NCBI GenBank assembly: GCA_965112735.1
Contig: OZ218955.1
Coordinates: 3,348,001-3,412,000 of the forward strand
Reading direction: 5' to 3'
Origin: Phaeosaccion multiseriatum
Taxonomy: Eukaryota > Protista > Ochrophyta, other classes
DNA: 64,000 nt
In this document: one piece after another, positions 1 through 12,696 of the stretch
How positions within the stretch are numbered: position 1 is the first letter of the stretch
Layout of the letters: the number at the start of each line of letters is the position of its first letter
Notes under the pieces: model-generated
Database searches by the model: none
What the model was told of the DNA's origin: nothing
Seen by the model: the letters and a program-made list of their open reading frames with translations, nothing else
Program-made: the position numbers and the translations under genes

Positions 1-286
1 CCGCGCGTGTGTGTGACCGCGTTTCTCTCTCTCCCTATAAGTTTGAGCGTGCGTGAGAGTCGATGAGTCCTCCACTCATTCCGATACTTACTACACTTAC
101 GTAGTTTTTCGCGTGATGGCACGGGGGCCTCACACCTCTGTTGCAGCTACGCCCTGGGGCCTGTGGCTGCTTGCTCATGGGGGCGGCTGTGTTAACGCTC
201 GTGTTAACGCTCGTACAAATGCCTTCCTCTTGCCCTTGCCCTCCCCCTCTTCCTTCGATGTTCTTTCCCCTCTCCCTCCTTTTCAG

Positions 287-1617
287 GGGACGAAAGTTCC
301 ATAAACTATCCCACCTAACGAACAATGGACAAGGAAGAGGAGGAGATGGAGAATGGGGACCCTCAGACGCCTCCCTCAAGCAGCAGCAGCAGCAGCAGCA
401 GGCATATGGGCCAGAAGGAGGAGGAGGAGCAGGCATATGGGGAAACGTGTCGCACGTATCTCCCGGAGACCGAGTGGTGTGGACCGTTCCCGACCCCGCC
501 TCACCGCCCCCTGGCGTGCGAGAGAGCGTGTCGCGCATGCGAGCGGGCGGGGTGGAGGTGGAGTTGAGACAGCAGTCGTCGCCAGCTGGGAAGGGGGGGC
601 TCCTCCCTCCCCCCGTGGAGCGCTACACTAGCCCATCGTCTCTGTCTTCTGCTGCTCTCTTTGAGGAGTTCCTTCGGTCCGAGCAACTGCAGCAGCAGCA
701 GCAGCAGCAGGCTCAAGACTCACAAGACGACGATGTTGAGCGTAGCACCAACGGCAGCACCAACTCCTCCTCATCATCCGACATGTCGTCGGCATCTGCT
801 GATGCCCTCCACCTCGGCTTGAGCCTCATTGAACAGGCGGCGGAGGCACTCACAAATGGCTCAGCGCTCTCCTCCACCCTCGGAAAGGGCGCTCTGTCTC
901 AATCGAGCGGTGGAGGAGCGGGGGGGGGTACCACTAGTCAGACCTCTTTGGTGCTGGAGTCTGTGACCTTGAGTCGCTTCGGACCCTTCCGGAGGCCTGT
1001 GAAGTATCCGCTGGACGGGAGAGGCGTGGTGCTGTTGAGAGGGGCGAACTTGGACGGGGGCGGCGCTGATAGGTAGGTATGAGTATTTGGCATATGGCAA
1101 CGTGAGATGCCAACTGTGATGTGATTGCAATGCTCTCTGTCTCTCCCTCCCTCTCTTCTCCCTCTATGATGTTTAAACTCAGTTTTATTTGTGCGTAGTG
1201 AAACTCACTTCAGAGGCTTCTACTCCCCCTTTTTTCCACCGCTCCAGTAACGGCGCTGGAAAGACGTCCCTGGCTGTGGCTGCCCTGTGGGCTCTAACAG
1301 GGTCCGTCGACATGAGGCCTGCCACAGGTCAGTACAGTCAGTGAGTCAGTGAGTGAGTGAGTGGGGGAGTCAATGAGGTGGTGAGACCATCAGGCAGTCA
1401 GCGAGACAAATGAGTCAATGAGGTTGATGAAGGTTTGAGTCCGTGAGTCTCGGCAGCCTGGATAGGAGCGGCATACCTCACAGAACGACGCACTCAACTC
1501 ACGCCCTCCACTTCGTGCCCATCAATGCCTGACTGCCGTCCCCTGCCTTCGCTTGCGAATCTATCCACGCATTCAAAGATGGCCGAGTGACAGACGTCGT
1601 GTTCCACAGGGGCAAAC

Positions 1618-1661
<44 letters not shown>

Positions 1662-2877
1662 GGCAAAGGAGGTAAAGGCAAAAGAGGTGTGAACAGCGTA
1701 GCGAGCGGTGTCGCAGAGGTGACCGTCCAAGGTGTTCTGAATGGCAAGGCGCTTGAGGTGACGCGCCGCAAGGGGTCAAGGGTGAATAGCCTCTCGGTGC
1801 TGTACGGGGGTGTGGACATGACTCGCCAGACGCCGTCGGACACACAGACGCAGGTAAGTACGATACGTAAGAGTAGATAAGAAATTATTATTTTTGGTAC
1901 GCTGAAAGTGCACAACCTTTGAATGTTGATATTGAGTGTTGAATGTTGAATGAAAAGTGAAGGTTGATTCATGAGTATCGTACGTACAGGACAGAAGCAT
2001 TACACTCATTGAGATCGTTCTCTATCTTGCTATATCGATGTGCCAATGCCGATGTCAATGTCGTACGTCGATGTCATCTTCACGTGCAGGTGCTGCAGCA
2101 GGAGCTCGGCATCGACCCGCGAGTGCTCAGGAGGGCCGTCTTCCAGGTGGGTGGTGCATGTCCATGGGTGGGTGGGTAAGTCAATGATTCTGTGGGTGGG
2201 TGATAGGTGGGTGGGTGGGTACGTGCGTGGGCGGAGGAACACTGAAACTGCAACCGCAACTTGTGATCACACTGAAACTGAAACTGAAACTGTTACCACA
2301 GGGCCAGCACCACCTCAATGGCTTGCTCGAGAGCACAGATGCCGCGCTGAAGGAGGAGCTTTCCCTGCTTGTGCCCATGGTGAGGTGGCAGTGGATGGGA
2401 AGGAGGAATAGGATGGCAGTGGATGAGGAGGAGGACGAGGAGGAGAGGAAGAGGAGGAGAGGAAGAGGAGGAGGGGGAGGAGGAGGAGGAGGAGGAGGAG
2501 GAGGAGGAGGAGGAGGAGGAGGAGGAGGAGGAGGAGGAGGAGGAGGAGGAGGAAGAGGAGGAGGAGGAGGAAGAGGAGGAGGATGGCACTGGGTTGAGGG
2601 GAAAGAGAAGGATCAGAAGAGGAGAAGGATCAGAAGGAGGGTTGGAGTGAAGTACGTAAGCGTGGACACAACTAGTAAGCGCAACCGTTAACACAATGTC
2701 CCTCTCCCGTGCCTCCCATCTTCTGCCATCCGCTGCCATCCGCTCTCCTCATCAGGATCTTTGGCGGGAGGCAGCGGCGCAGGCGAGGGCGCAAGCCCGT
2801 GCCAAGGAGGAGGAATGCGTCATCGCAAGGTGAGTAAATTGTATGTGTGTGCGTGCGTGTATGTGTTTTTGTCTCTC

Positions 2878-2915
<38 letters not shown>

Positions 2916-4580
2916 TGTGTGGAATGGAGGATGGAGGAGCGAGAGCTCCAGCTCCTCTTCGTTTGTTCACAGTCCTTTCTTATCAATACATATTACATAT
3001 TTTCTTCTTGATGTTAAAGGGGCGGGTATTGTGACTGCGCTTCTTTTTGTTTTGTTTGTTGCTTCTCTCCTTCCTTCAGGGCGCAAATTGCGATGCGCAG
3101 AGAGGACTGTGAGCGCCTGAAGAGACGTGTGGAGGGGATGCAGGAGGAGGTGCAAAGGAGGGAGAGCGACCTGGAGCGGGCCAAGGCGGCAATGCAGCAG
3201 CAGCAGCAGCAGCAGTTGGTGATACACCAGCAAGAAGTTGTTGGTGACACAGCAGCGGCAGCAAAGGAGGGGGAGAAGGAGGAGGAGGAGGAGGAGGAGG
3301 AGGAGGAGGAGGAGGAGGAGGAGGAGGAGGAGGAGGAGGAGGCCGCGAGGTGCGTAGTGAGTGGAGCTATTGACTTTCCCCGAGGGGGCGGTCCGAGGGG
3401 AGACTTGTGTTTTCCCCGAGGGGGGGGGGGGAGGAGACACTTGTTGTTCACGCCGTTGCCCCTGAAATGCGTCATTCAAAGTGCCGATCTGGCAATGGCG
3501 ATAAAAATATCGAGACCGATGTGATGGTATCGATCTTGTTCTTATCTCGATGTCGACATTGAAAATCGCAGGGCAAAGGTGGAGGACTATGCGAAGAGGG
3601 TAGAGAGGGGAGCGCTTGAGCTGCTTGAGAAGAGGGCACTTATGGAACAACATCTCGAGGTGAGAGAGAGAGAGAGGGAGGGAGGGAGGGAGGGAGGGAG
3701 GGAGGGAGGGAGAGAGGGAGGGAGGGAGAGAGGGAGGGAGGGAGGGAGGGAGGGAGGGAAGGAGGGAGGGAAGGAGGGAGGGAGGGAGGGAGGGAGGGAG
3801 GGAGGGAGGGAGGGAGGGAGGGAGGGAGGGATAAGAGAGGAGGAATGGGGGTTGGGTGGGGGGGGAGGCGAGAGGGAGAGGGGAGGAGAGAAATGTCTCT
3901 CTCTCTCTTCCTAGCGCCTCCATCTCTCTTGTTTCGCTCCAATGTTGGGATACCATTACACCCGGGCTGTCTGATTTGTCTCTCTACATCCCCTACCCCC
4001 CTTTCTCTCTTTGCCTCGGCCCCTTCACCCCCTCTCCACCCCTCCTCCTCCTCTCTCCCTGTTCTTTCGCTCCCTCCCCCCCCTCTCCCCTCTCCCTCTC
4101 ACCCCAGTGCCTTGCTGTGAAGCGAAATGAAGCCCACCAAGCCCTCAGTAGCGCGAGAGAACGTCACTCCTTCCTTGTGAAGGACGTACAGCGCCTCCAG
4201 GGTACTCTGGAAGAGCTCGGAGTGCGACTGAGTCGAGGACAAGAGGCCTTGCGGGGACAGACATGGGGTCCGCCGCCAGGTTATCGCGGGGAGCAGTCTG
4301 CAGTGGGTGGGCAGGAGGAGGAGGACGAGGAGAGGGAGGAGGAGGTGGAGGAGACGAGGGTGACGGAAGGGGTGGTCAGCCGGGAGCGAGGAGGGGGGGT
4401 AGGAGGAGGAAGAGGAGGAGGAGGGGTGGGGGGGATGAGTCTCGCGGCGGCCGTCGGGGCATGGGAAGCTCACACTGGAAGGGCGGCATCGGCGTTGAGG
4501 GAGGCGGAGGCAGCGCTGGCCGGCACCAGGGTGGTGTTGAGGCAGGCCACAGCGGCGGTGCAGAGGCAGCAGTTGGTGAT

Positions 4581-4615
<35 letters not shown>

Positions 4616-7445
4616 GGCATGAGTCGGTGATACAGCAGCAGGGGCTGCAGGGTCAGGAGGAGCAGGAGCAGTTGGTGATGCAACAGCAGGGGAAGCAGTT
4701 GGTGATACAGGAGCAGGGGGGCAGCAGCGTGAAGAGCAAGACGCAGGGCAAGGGCAAGAGGGAGGAGGGGGAGGAGGGGAAGGAGGGGAAGGAGGGGAAG
4801 GAGGGGAAGGAGGCTGTTTGTTACGCGTGTGGACAGACGGTGACGCCCCGGCATGTCGAGCAGACGCGCAAGAGGCTACTACGGGAGGAGGTGAGTGAGT
4901 GAGTGAATGAATGAGTGAGTGAGTGAGTAAGGGAGGGAGGGAGAGAGGGAGGGAGTGAGGGAGTGAGTGAGTGGGTGGGATTTAGGGAGGGAGGGATGGG
5001 TGTGTGTGTGTATGTGTGCTGCCGTTTCAGCCATTTCATTTCTCTATCATAACACACGACTCTCTTCCACAGGAGGAGGCTCGAAGAGCGGTGGCGTTGG
5101 CCCAAGCGGCCGTGGAGGCGAGCGAAGGCGAGCACCGTAAGGCGATGAAGGAGGGGGAGAGGCTCACTGGCCTGGAGTCCCTGCAGGCTGAGGTGAGTTC
5201 ACAATTTCAGTTTTGCAGACCAGTTTCTTAGGACCAATTTGAGTAGTTTCCTGTCTACTTACGCCTTCTCGTGTACTATCCTCTCTCTCCCTCACTCACC
5301 GTCTCAATCCCTCTCCCTCCCGTCGCCGCCTTCTCCCTTCTCCTCCGCACGGCGCAAACAAAGCAGACCGCCGCCACTGCCGAGGCTGTGCTCCAGGCAG
5401 AAGAGATGGTGCTACGGGCGACAGACCTGGCAGCGACGATAGAGACAGACGCTGTCCGAGGGGGCGAGGAGGAGGCGAGGGAGAGAGACCTCGCCCTTCA
5501 AGTCGGGAAGGAGCAGTGGAGGGCCAAGGTAAGGAAGGGGAATGGTGTATGCACTACAGGGAAGGGTAGGTGTGAAAACACTTTGTTATTTTCAAAAGGT
5601 GTAACGACGAACGAGATAAGCAAGCGACCAGGGTAGGATACGGGCAAGGGTAGGCTGTTAGGGGGGGGGGGGAGACTTCGTCTGCGCTTGACTCTCGTAG
5701 CGCCCCTTCTTTGGATTGCCTCTGTGGCCTCTTGTTGCGTCTCTCTTGTTCTCCCCTCTCTGACTCTCCGTGATGCTCCTCCTCCTCTCTCTTCCTCTTC
5801 ATCTCTCACTCTCCTCCTCTCTACTGAATGGCTCTCTCTCTTGCCCCCCCCCCCCACACACACAACCCCACCCCCAACCAGATGCAGACGGCAGACTCAC
5901 AACTGGCTCTCTGTCGGGAAGCCCTCTCCGATGCCCAACACGCACTCAACTCGGCCATAGAAAAGCGAAGCAGGCGGCAGCTGCAGCAACAGGTGAGAGT
6001 GTGATCGATCGACACTTTGATTCCACCATGTGTGTGTGTGTGTGTTTGGGGGGGGCGAAGAATCACCCCCCCCCCCCCAATCAAACTAGTCCTCTTCATC
6101 CTGCCCTTTCTCATACGCCTCTAACCGCCCTCTAATGCCCCCCTCCCGCCCGTCTTCCCCAATACGCCTCTACACGATCCGAAGGCGGCCTCGAATGCCC
6201 TCCTCTCCCTGGAAACGGCACTCTCCACCTCCGTGCTCGTCCTCGAGCAGCAGGGCTTAGAGCCCCTGAGGGCCGCAGAGAGAGACATCCTGACACTCAG
6301 TACAGCTCTCGAGGCAGCAGTCAGGCACAAGCAGCTGCTGACACGGGCGGCGGAGCAGCTTGGTGTGAGGGGGGTGCAGGTGTTCGCCTTTCGGGACGCG
6401 CTTGCCCATCTGCAGGTGAGTTGTTGTTGAGTATGGTAGCCCTCAAGTAAGTGGAGTCTGCAAAGAGTACGATAGCCCGATACTGCTCAGTCTGTAAGGA
6501 GCAGCCCGATACTGCTCAGTCTGTAAGGAGCACCCGATACTGCTGAGTCTGTAAGGAGCAGCCTGATACCACTCTATGGTGCCCAATGGTTCGAGTCCTC
6601 CCCACATGCTCGTAACAATAAGCACACTGAAACTGACACTGAAACTGGCATTAAAACTTCAACTGAAACTGAGATTGAAACTGGTACTATAACTGAAACT
6701 GAAACGTACCTCTGCTCTGTACGATAGGGAGCACTGGGTCGGTTTCTGTCGGTGCTGACGGACGGGGCCATTCGCCTGCACATGGGCATCGGGGACGACA
6801 AAATCACCAAGCAAGTCCAGGTAATGTTTTGTGCGAGGCATACGTAAGGAATTCGTAAGAGTACCAATAATCCATATTACGATAGTGATATGATGTATCG
6901 ACACTCACTCCACAAGGGCGCAGGACCCCTCTCCTCCGCTTCCCCTCTCCCCCCGTCCACTGCACTTTCTTACCCACTTTCTCACTCTCTCCCTCCCTCC
7001 CCTCCCTCCCCTCACTCACTCAGTCTCTCTCTCCCTCACTCACTCACTCACTCACCCACTCACCCACTCACCCCCTCCCTCCCTCTCTCCCTCACTCACG
7101 CACTCAACAGGTGCGCAACTCCGATGGAACGTTCGTAGACCGTTCCTTGAGCCAGCTATCCGGTGGGCAGTGGAGGCGAGTGAGCTTGTCGCTGGAGCTG
7201 GCATTTGCAGAGCTGGCGAGGGAGAGGGCCTCCTTCAGCTGCAACCTACTTATTCTTGACGAGGTGAGGGAGGGAGGGAGGGGGCGATGGAGGAAGGGAG
7301 GGAGAAAGTTAGCTTCCTATACTTGTCGAGGAGCTTCCTCCTGCCTAGCGGCCTGTGTGCCTGCCTGGCTGCCTGCCTGGCTGCCTGTCTGTCCATATAC
7401 CGATACCTGCCGGCCCACATGCCTCTGCCTGCCTGCCTGCCTGCC

Positions 7446-7523
<78 letters not shown>

Positions 7524-7820
7524 CCTGCCTGTCCGTATACCTCTACCTGCCTGCCCACATGCCTCTGCCTGCCTGCCCCATGCTCCTTCCCCAGGTGCTA
7601 AGCCAGCTCGATGCCTACGGCCGTGCCCGAATCGCCAGCGTGCTCCGCCTCCTCGTCTCTCCTCCCAAACAGACCAAAGAGGCAGCAGCGATAGAAGGCA
7701 TGACCACGGACTCGGACTCGGACTCGGAATCGGAATCGGAATCGGAATCGGAATCCAGGGCTGACGTGGAGACTCGCGTCCGTCCGGAGGGGCCGTACAC
7801 CACTGTCCTTGTGGTGCTGC

Positions 7821-7859
<39 letters not shown>

Positions 7860-8171
7860 TGTGTGTATGTGTGTGTGTGTGTGTGTGCGGGGTGTGGGGT
7901 GTGGGTGTGTGTTTGTTCGTGTGCCATCACCCTGTCTTCTCGTCTCCTTACTATCTCTTTCTGGTCTCATTATCGCCTCCTCTGATCCCCGCTCTCTCTG
8001 AATGTGCTTTCTCTCTTTCTCTCTCTCTGTGTGTGTGTGTGCGTGCGTGCATGCGTGCGGTGCCTTATTCCTCAGGACCTGCCTGCGGACGAGCTACAAG
8101 AGGCCTTCGATCACGTGGACGAAGTGGTGAAGCGGGACGACAGCTCCTATGTGGTCATCGATGGTGGCTGA
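287..8171 (+). CDS. SbcC/Rad50 (T4 gp46-like) ABC ATPase, 5'-partial, probably the C-terminal part of an Mre11/SbcD-Rad50 fusion. 17 exons: 287-1072, 1248-1327, 1579-1853, 2090-2146, 2302-2379, 2756-2829, 3080-3349, 3572-3659, 4108-4890, 5073-5192, 5364-5528, 5882-5992, 6185-6415, 6728-6820, 7111-7263, 7595-7822, 8076-8171
   Basis: The spliced product has the N-terminal strand LESVTLSRFGPF, Walker A (DS)NGAGKTS across intron 1073-1247, Q-loop AVFQGQH, long coiled coils, a central zinc-hook CYAC (about 4817-4830), signature LSGGQ, Walker B/D-loop LLILDE-VLSQLD and a C-terminal FDHVDEV. All introns are GT-AG with consistent phase. Confidence 0.88.
6474..6570. repeat. Intronic minisatellite, about 29-bp unit (GCCCGATACTGCTCAGTCTGTAAGGAGCA) x ~3
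   Basis: Units are visible at 6475, 6504 and about 6532. Confidence 0.85.
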
Positions 8172-8456
8172 TGGATCATGCGATGGATCGATGGCAGCTG
8201 AAGGACAATGCAAAAGACCGGCTTGGGGGGCGGCGCTTCTGTTCCTCCTCCCTCTCACTATCACGAAGAGAGGGTATGTACGAAACACCAAGAGTGGATA
8301 CATACGTAAAGAGGAAATGACGTTACGTGTTTTCCTCAGGGAGAGTTAGGTCGTTTCCCTAAGGCAACACACGGAGACACACAGAGAGAAAAAAAAGAAA
8401 AGAAGGACAGGACAGAGAGAACAGAGGAGAGGGACAAAGACAGAGAGACGGACAGG

Positions 8457-8492
<36 letters not shown>

Positions 8493-8972
8493 TGGGAAGC
8501 GCTCGCCCGTGCTTGCTGTGCATGTACGATATGTTTGTGCTGCCTCTGGGCCTTGGAGCCCCAGACGCGACACAAAGCGCAGACCCAGAGAGCAGGAGCC
8601 ACCCCTCTAGGACCCTCTAGGGTACGTGTAAAGATACGTGTGCTTTCCGTTGTATATATCATGTTAATAAAGACTAGAGTACAGCAACAGTGTTTAGACC
8701 GCGGAAATTTCATTGGGAAAAAAAACAAAAGGAAATTCAACTGTATAAACAAAACATCTATCGAACTCAAATAGAAAAGTATTGGATGGGAGGCAAGTAT
8801 GACCACTGACAATTGCGTTGTGCGCTGTCGGAGCCTCGAAACGAACATGACATGCTTGTGTGGGTGTGTGTGTGCACGTGTGTGTGTGTGTGGAGCTGTC
8901 AATCCAGCGCCTGCGCCCAAGGGCTGCTACTGCTGAGAGGGATGCTCTGCCTTCCACATCACAGGCACAGAG

Positions 8973-11900
8973 CTAAGCCTCTCCTACTGTAGCACCAACT
9001 GCCGAAGCTGCTGCTGTTGGGCGGGCCCCAAGCGGCCGAAACGACGGTGGCGAGTTCGCAGACGTCCGCGGAGACGGGTAGGAGAAGGGTCCGGATGATG
9101 ATGAACTTGCCCTCCCTTGCGGTACCACCAACTGCTGCGGCCGGGTCTGTGCGTTGGTCCTGCCCAACTCCAGCGGCGACATTGGTTGGGGCGCGCCCAA
9201 GCTTCTCTGCAGAGGCTTCGGTGGCACCATACGCTTGAGCTGCTGGGGTGAGCCATCGTTTGGCGGAGGGCTGGGCGGCCGCTCCTCTTCCTGCTGCTGC
9301 TGCTGTTGTTGTTGTTGTTGTTGCTGATGCTGCTGCCGCTGCTGTCCTGCCCCCGGGGTGGTGGTGGAGGAGTAGGAACTGGGGCGAGTCGTCGGTACCT
9401 GTGAAGCGACTTCCATCACCTTGACCGAGAGCATGGATAGCCAAGAGGGGCTCGCCTTCTTCATTGGCTTGACCTTCACCTTCTCCTTCACCTCTTTGGG
9501 CATCGTTTGAGTCTGCTGATGCCCAAGCCTTCCAGCCTTCCTCTCGTCCACGGGAGCTCGCTCCTCCTCCTGCTCCTTCTTCTTGCTGCCCCCATCCAGC
9601 CCGCCGGGTTTATCGACCACCGTGCCACCCATGCCCCAGCCTGGTGCTGCGGGTCGCACATTGTCACTCCCTCCTTCCATCACCGCCACCACATCTCGTT
9701 CCTCCTCAGCCGTTACATTGACATTTGCCTCTCCCTCTCCCTCCCCCTCACCATCATCCGCCCCTTTCACCACCGCCACCACCCCCCCTTTCTCCTCAGC
9801 CTTTGCATTCGCCTCTACCTCCTCCTCTTCACCATCACCACCACCAGCAGCAGCCGCCGCAGCAGTTGGTGACACAGTAGCTGTAGCAGCTGTAGCAGCG
9901 GCACCAGTTGGTGATACAGTAGCTGTAGCAGCTGTAGCAGCTGCAGCAGTCCTACAACCACTACACTCTTCCACACCCCTGGGCGCCTGTGGTTTGTCCC
10001 CCGGTTGGGTCTTCGTGCTTTCATCGTTCACGCCAACAGCAGCGTCGCCAGAGCCAGCGTCAACCTGTGCACCATCGCCTGACGGCAGGGGAAGTGACCT
10101 CTCTCCCTCCCCCTCGGCAGCGTCGCTCGTGGAGTGAGAAGGGGAAGGGGTGGCAGTCGCCTTGGCGCTATCGTTCCCATAGATGCGCCTCCCTCCGGCT
10201 GAGTCCATCCGTATTCTCCATACCACCGGGCCATCAGAGCGTTCATTGGTAGCAGGGGTAGCTGCTTCCTCTTCCGCGTCATCCCCGTCCCCCTCCTCCT
10301 CCTCCTCTTCCTCCTCTTCCTCCTCCTCCTCCTCCTCCTCGTCTTCCTCTTTCTTCTCCGCCTCCTCCTCCTCCTCCTCCTCCTCCTCCTCCTCCTCCAC
10401 CTTCTCCTCCTCCTCTACCTCTACCTCCTTGTTCTCCTCCTCGTTCAGCTCCTCCTTCTTCTCCTCCTCCTCCTTCTTCTTCTTCCTCCTCTCCCTCTCC
10501 TCCCTCTGTGCCTCCTTTTCTATTCGCTTCTGTTCTGCCTTCCGTTGCCGCGCCTCAGCCTCGAGTCGATGCCTCTGCCCTCGCGCCACAACATGTTCTC
10601 TTAGCCGCTGTCGATACCTATCTGTGGCCTGCTCCTGCTTCAATGCTATTCGGCGGCACAACTCTTCCTCTCTCTCCTTCTCCTCCTGCTCCCTCGCCCC
10701 CTTGTCGCCATCCCCTTTTCCCCCTCGCTGCTCCTCTTCCTCCTCCTCCTCCTCCTGCTGCTCTTGATGTATGGCAAGCAATCGCGCTCCGGGTCCCTCC
10801 AATAACGGTCTAGGAGCGCTCTGCAAAGCCCCAGTACTCGGCGGGATGCCGTCGTTTTCTGATGATCCAACGCCATCATCTCTTCCTAGTATTCCTGCAG
10901 CAGCAGCTGCTGCTGCTACTGATGAAGTTTCCGATAGGACCCCTACTCCCGCCACTGCTGCCGCTGCGGCTGCTTCTACGTGAGCTTCTTGCACTGCTGC
11001 TGCATGCGCATCTGCTGCTGCCGCTGCCGCCATGACCGCATCCACCACAGGTCTGGTCCATGTCGTTGTTCTGTTGACGTCATTGGCGTAAACGTTCCGT
11101 CCCGTCCTGGGATCGAGACTCATCCTCCACCCCGCGGGAAGCGGGCCCTCCTCATCCTCTCTGAAGCAGATGACTCCCTGGCTACTCGTCCTACTGCTGA
11201 AGCTGCCCCCCATTGCGCTTCCCCCCAGTCCTCCCCCTCCCACGGATCCCGGTCTCGACGAAGAGGCATGGCTCACGCCCCCGACTGCGTTGTTGACCCC
11301 CATTCCCCCCACTCCCACAGATCCTTGTCTCGACGAAGAGGCATAGTTCACGCCTGCCTGAGACTCTACAGCGTCGAGGGGCACCGCCACTGCAACTGCC
11401 ATGGGCACCTCCGTTGCTTCCTCCCTGGCCTCAAGCATCGACCCGACTGCTCCACCATCGACGGCTCGACCGACCGTTCGGGCCAAGGCGACTCCCGGCG
11501 CCATGACCATCGGTGCTCCTGCTTGCCTCTCTTGTCCGGGCACGGCAGAGGAGGCCGAAGGACGATTCCACTGTGTCCTCCGCGTCTGATGATGGGCGTA
11601 GACGATTCTGCCCGTCGCTCTGTGCAGGGTGGAGGTCCAGCCCTCCGGTAACCCGATATCATCCGGCCCTGCACCCACTACCACTGCTGCTGCTGCTGCT
11701 CCTCCTCCTCCTCCTCCTCCTGCTCCGCGGCTGCTGGTGGTGTGGAACGAGTCGTGGTTTGACAGACGCGGTGACCCAGAGGTAGCAGAGCCCCCTCTGC
11801 AGCTGGGGCCGGACGACGAGTGCCGTCTAATTAGGGCCCCGCCCCTCGACCTCAGCGCAGGTCCGGACGGTGAGACACCACGACCACCTCCTCTAGAGCT

Positions 11901-12696
11901 CGTGATGGATCCTTGCGCCGAGCCCACAGCAGAGCCGGAGCATGACTCGGGCGACAGCATGCTCGTGTCACTGCCGCCACCGCTCCTACGCCTGGGCCAT
12001 GATCCCCTCCCCTCTGGCATCGCCCTCTGCTGCTGGTGCTGGTGTGTTTGAACGGGTGGTGCCCGTAACGGATCCAAGCTGCTCGCGCTTTCAGCTCCAA
12101 TCATTTGGCGGTGGTCGCCGAGAGCAGGGTGGGACAAGCGGGAAGCATCTGCACCTACGCCTCTCCTACTCCTCCTACCGCGACTTGATGAAGACTCAGA
12201 GGCAGCCGCCGCCGCTACATTCAACGTTGTCACCCCTGTCCCCAACACTGGCACGGTCGGGGTTGAAGCCTCAGAGGCAGCCGCGGCTGCAACATTCAGT
12301 GTGGTGACGCCTGTCGTGAACACTGTCGGGACGGGCACCGTGGAATCACTTCCAGGGGGTGGCACGTCTTGCCCTGCTGTGGATGCAGACGACGGGGAGG
12401 AGGTCAAGGACCGTCGAGAAGGAGGGCTTCTCTCCCCACTTGTCGGGTGGGTCCACTGCGTCTTCTGCTGTGCCTATTGCATCGGGACGGGAGCAAGTGC
12501 ATACGGAGTGAAAAGAAAGTTTGAGTCAACATCGCTTCTCCACTTCACACTGAGAGGCGTGTGGGCGAAACAGTGGATCCAGGCGATGGGATCATGGGTT
12601 TGCACCTTCAATCGAGCTACTCACGTGATTGGCATAGAAGGTGCGCCCCGTCTCGGGGCAGGTCATGGCCGACCATCCCTCGGGAAGGCGGTCCAT
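8973..12696 (-). CDS. Low-complexity protein with three WW domains plus one degenerate WW; exons 12696-12625 and 12473-8973
   Basis: The ATG at 12696 gives MDRLPEGWSAMTCPETGRTFYANH, which splices (GT 12624 ... AG 12474) to AQQKTQWTHP and completes a WW domain. Further WW domains are LPEGWTSTLHRATGRIVYAHHQTRRTQWNRP and LPAGWRMSLDPRTGRNVYANDVNRTTTWTRP. An acidic/coiled-coil tract follows. Confidence 0.85.

Noticed and set aside
5341-5366. Apparent non-canonical CG acceptor in the Rad50-like gene
   Set aside because: An in-phase AAG/CAG tandem acceptor at 5363/5366 explains the junction.
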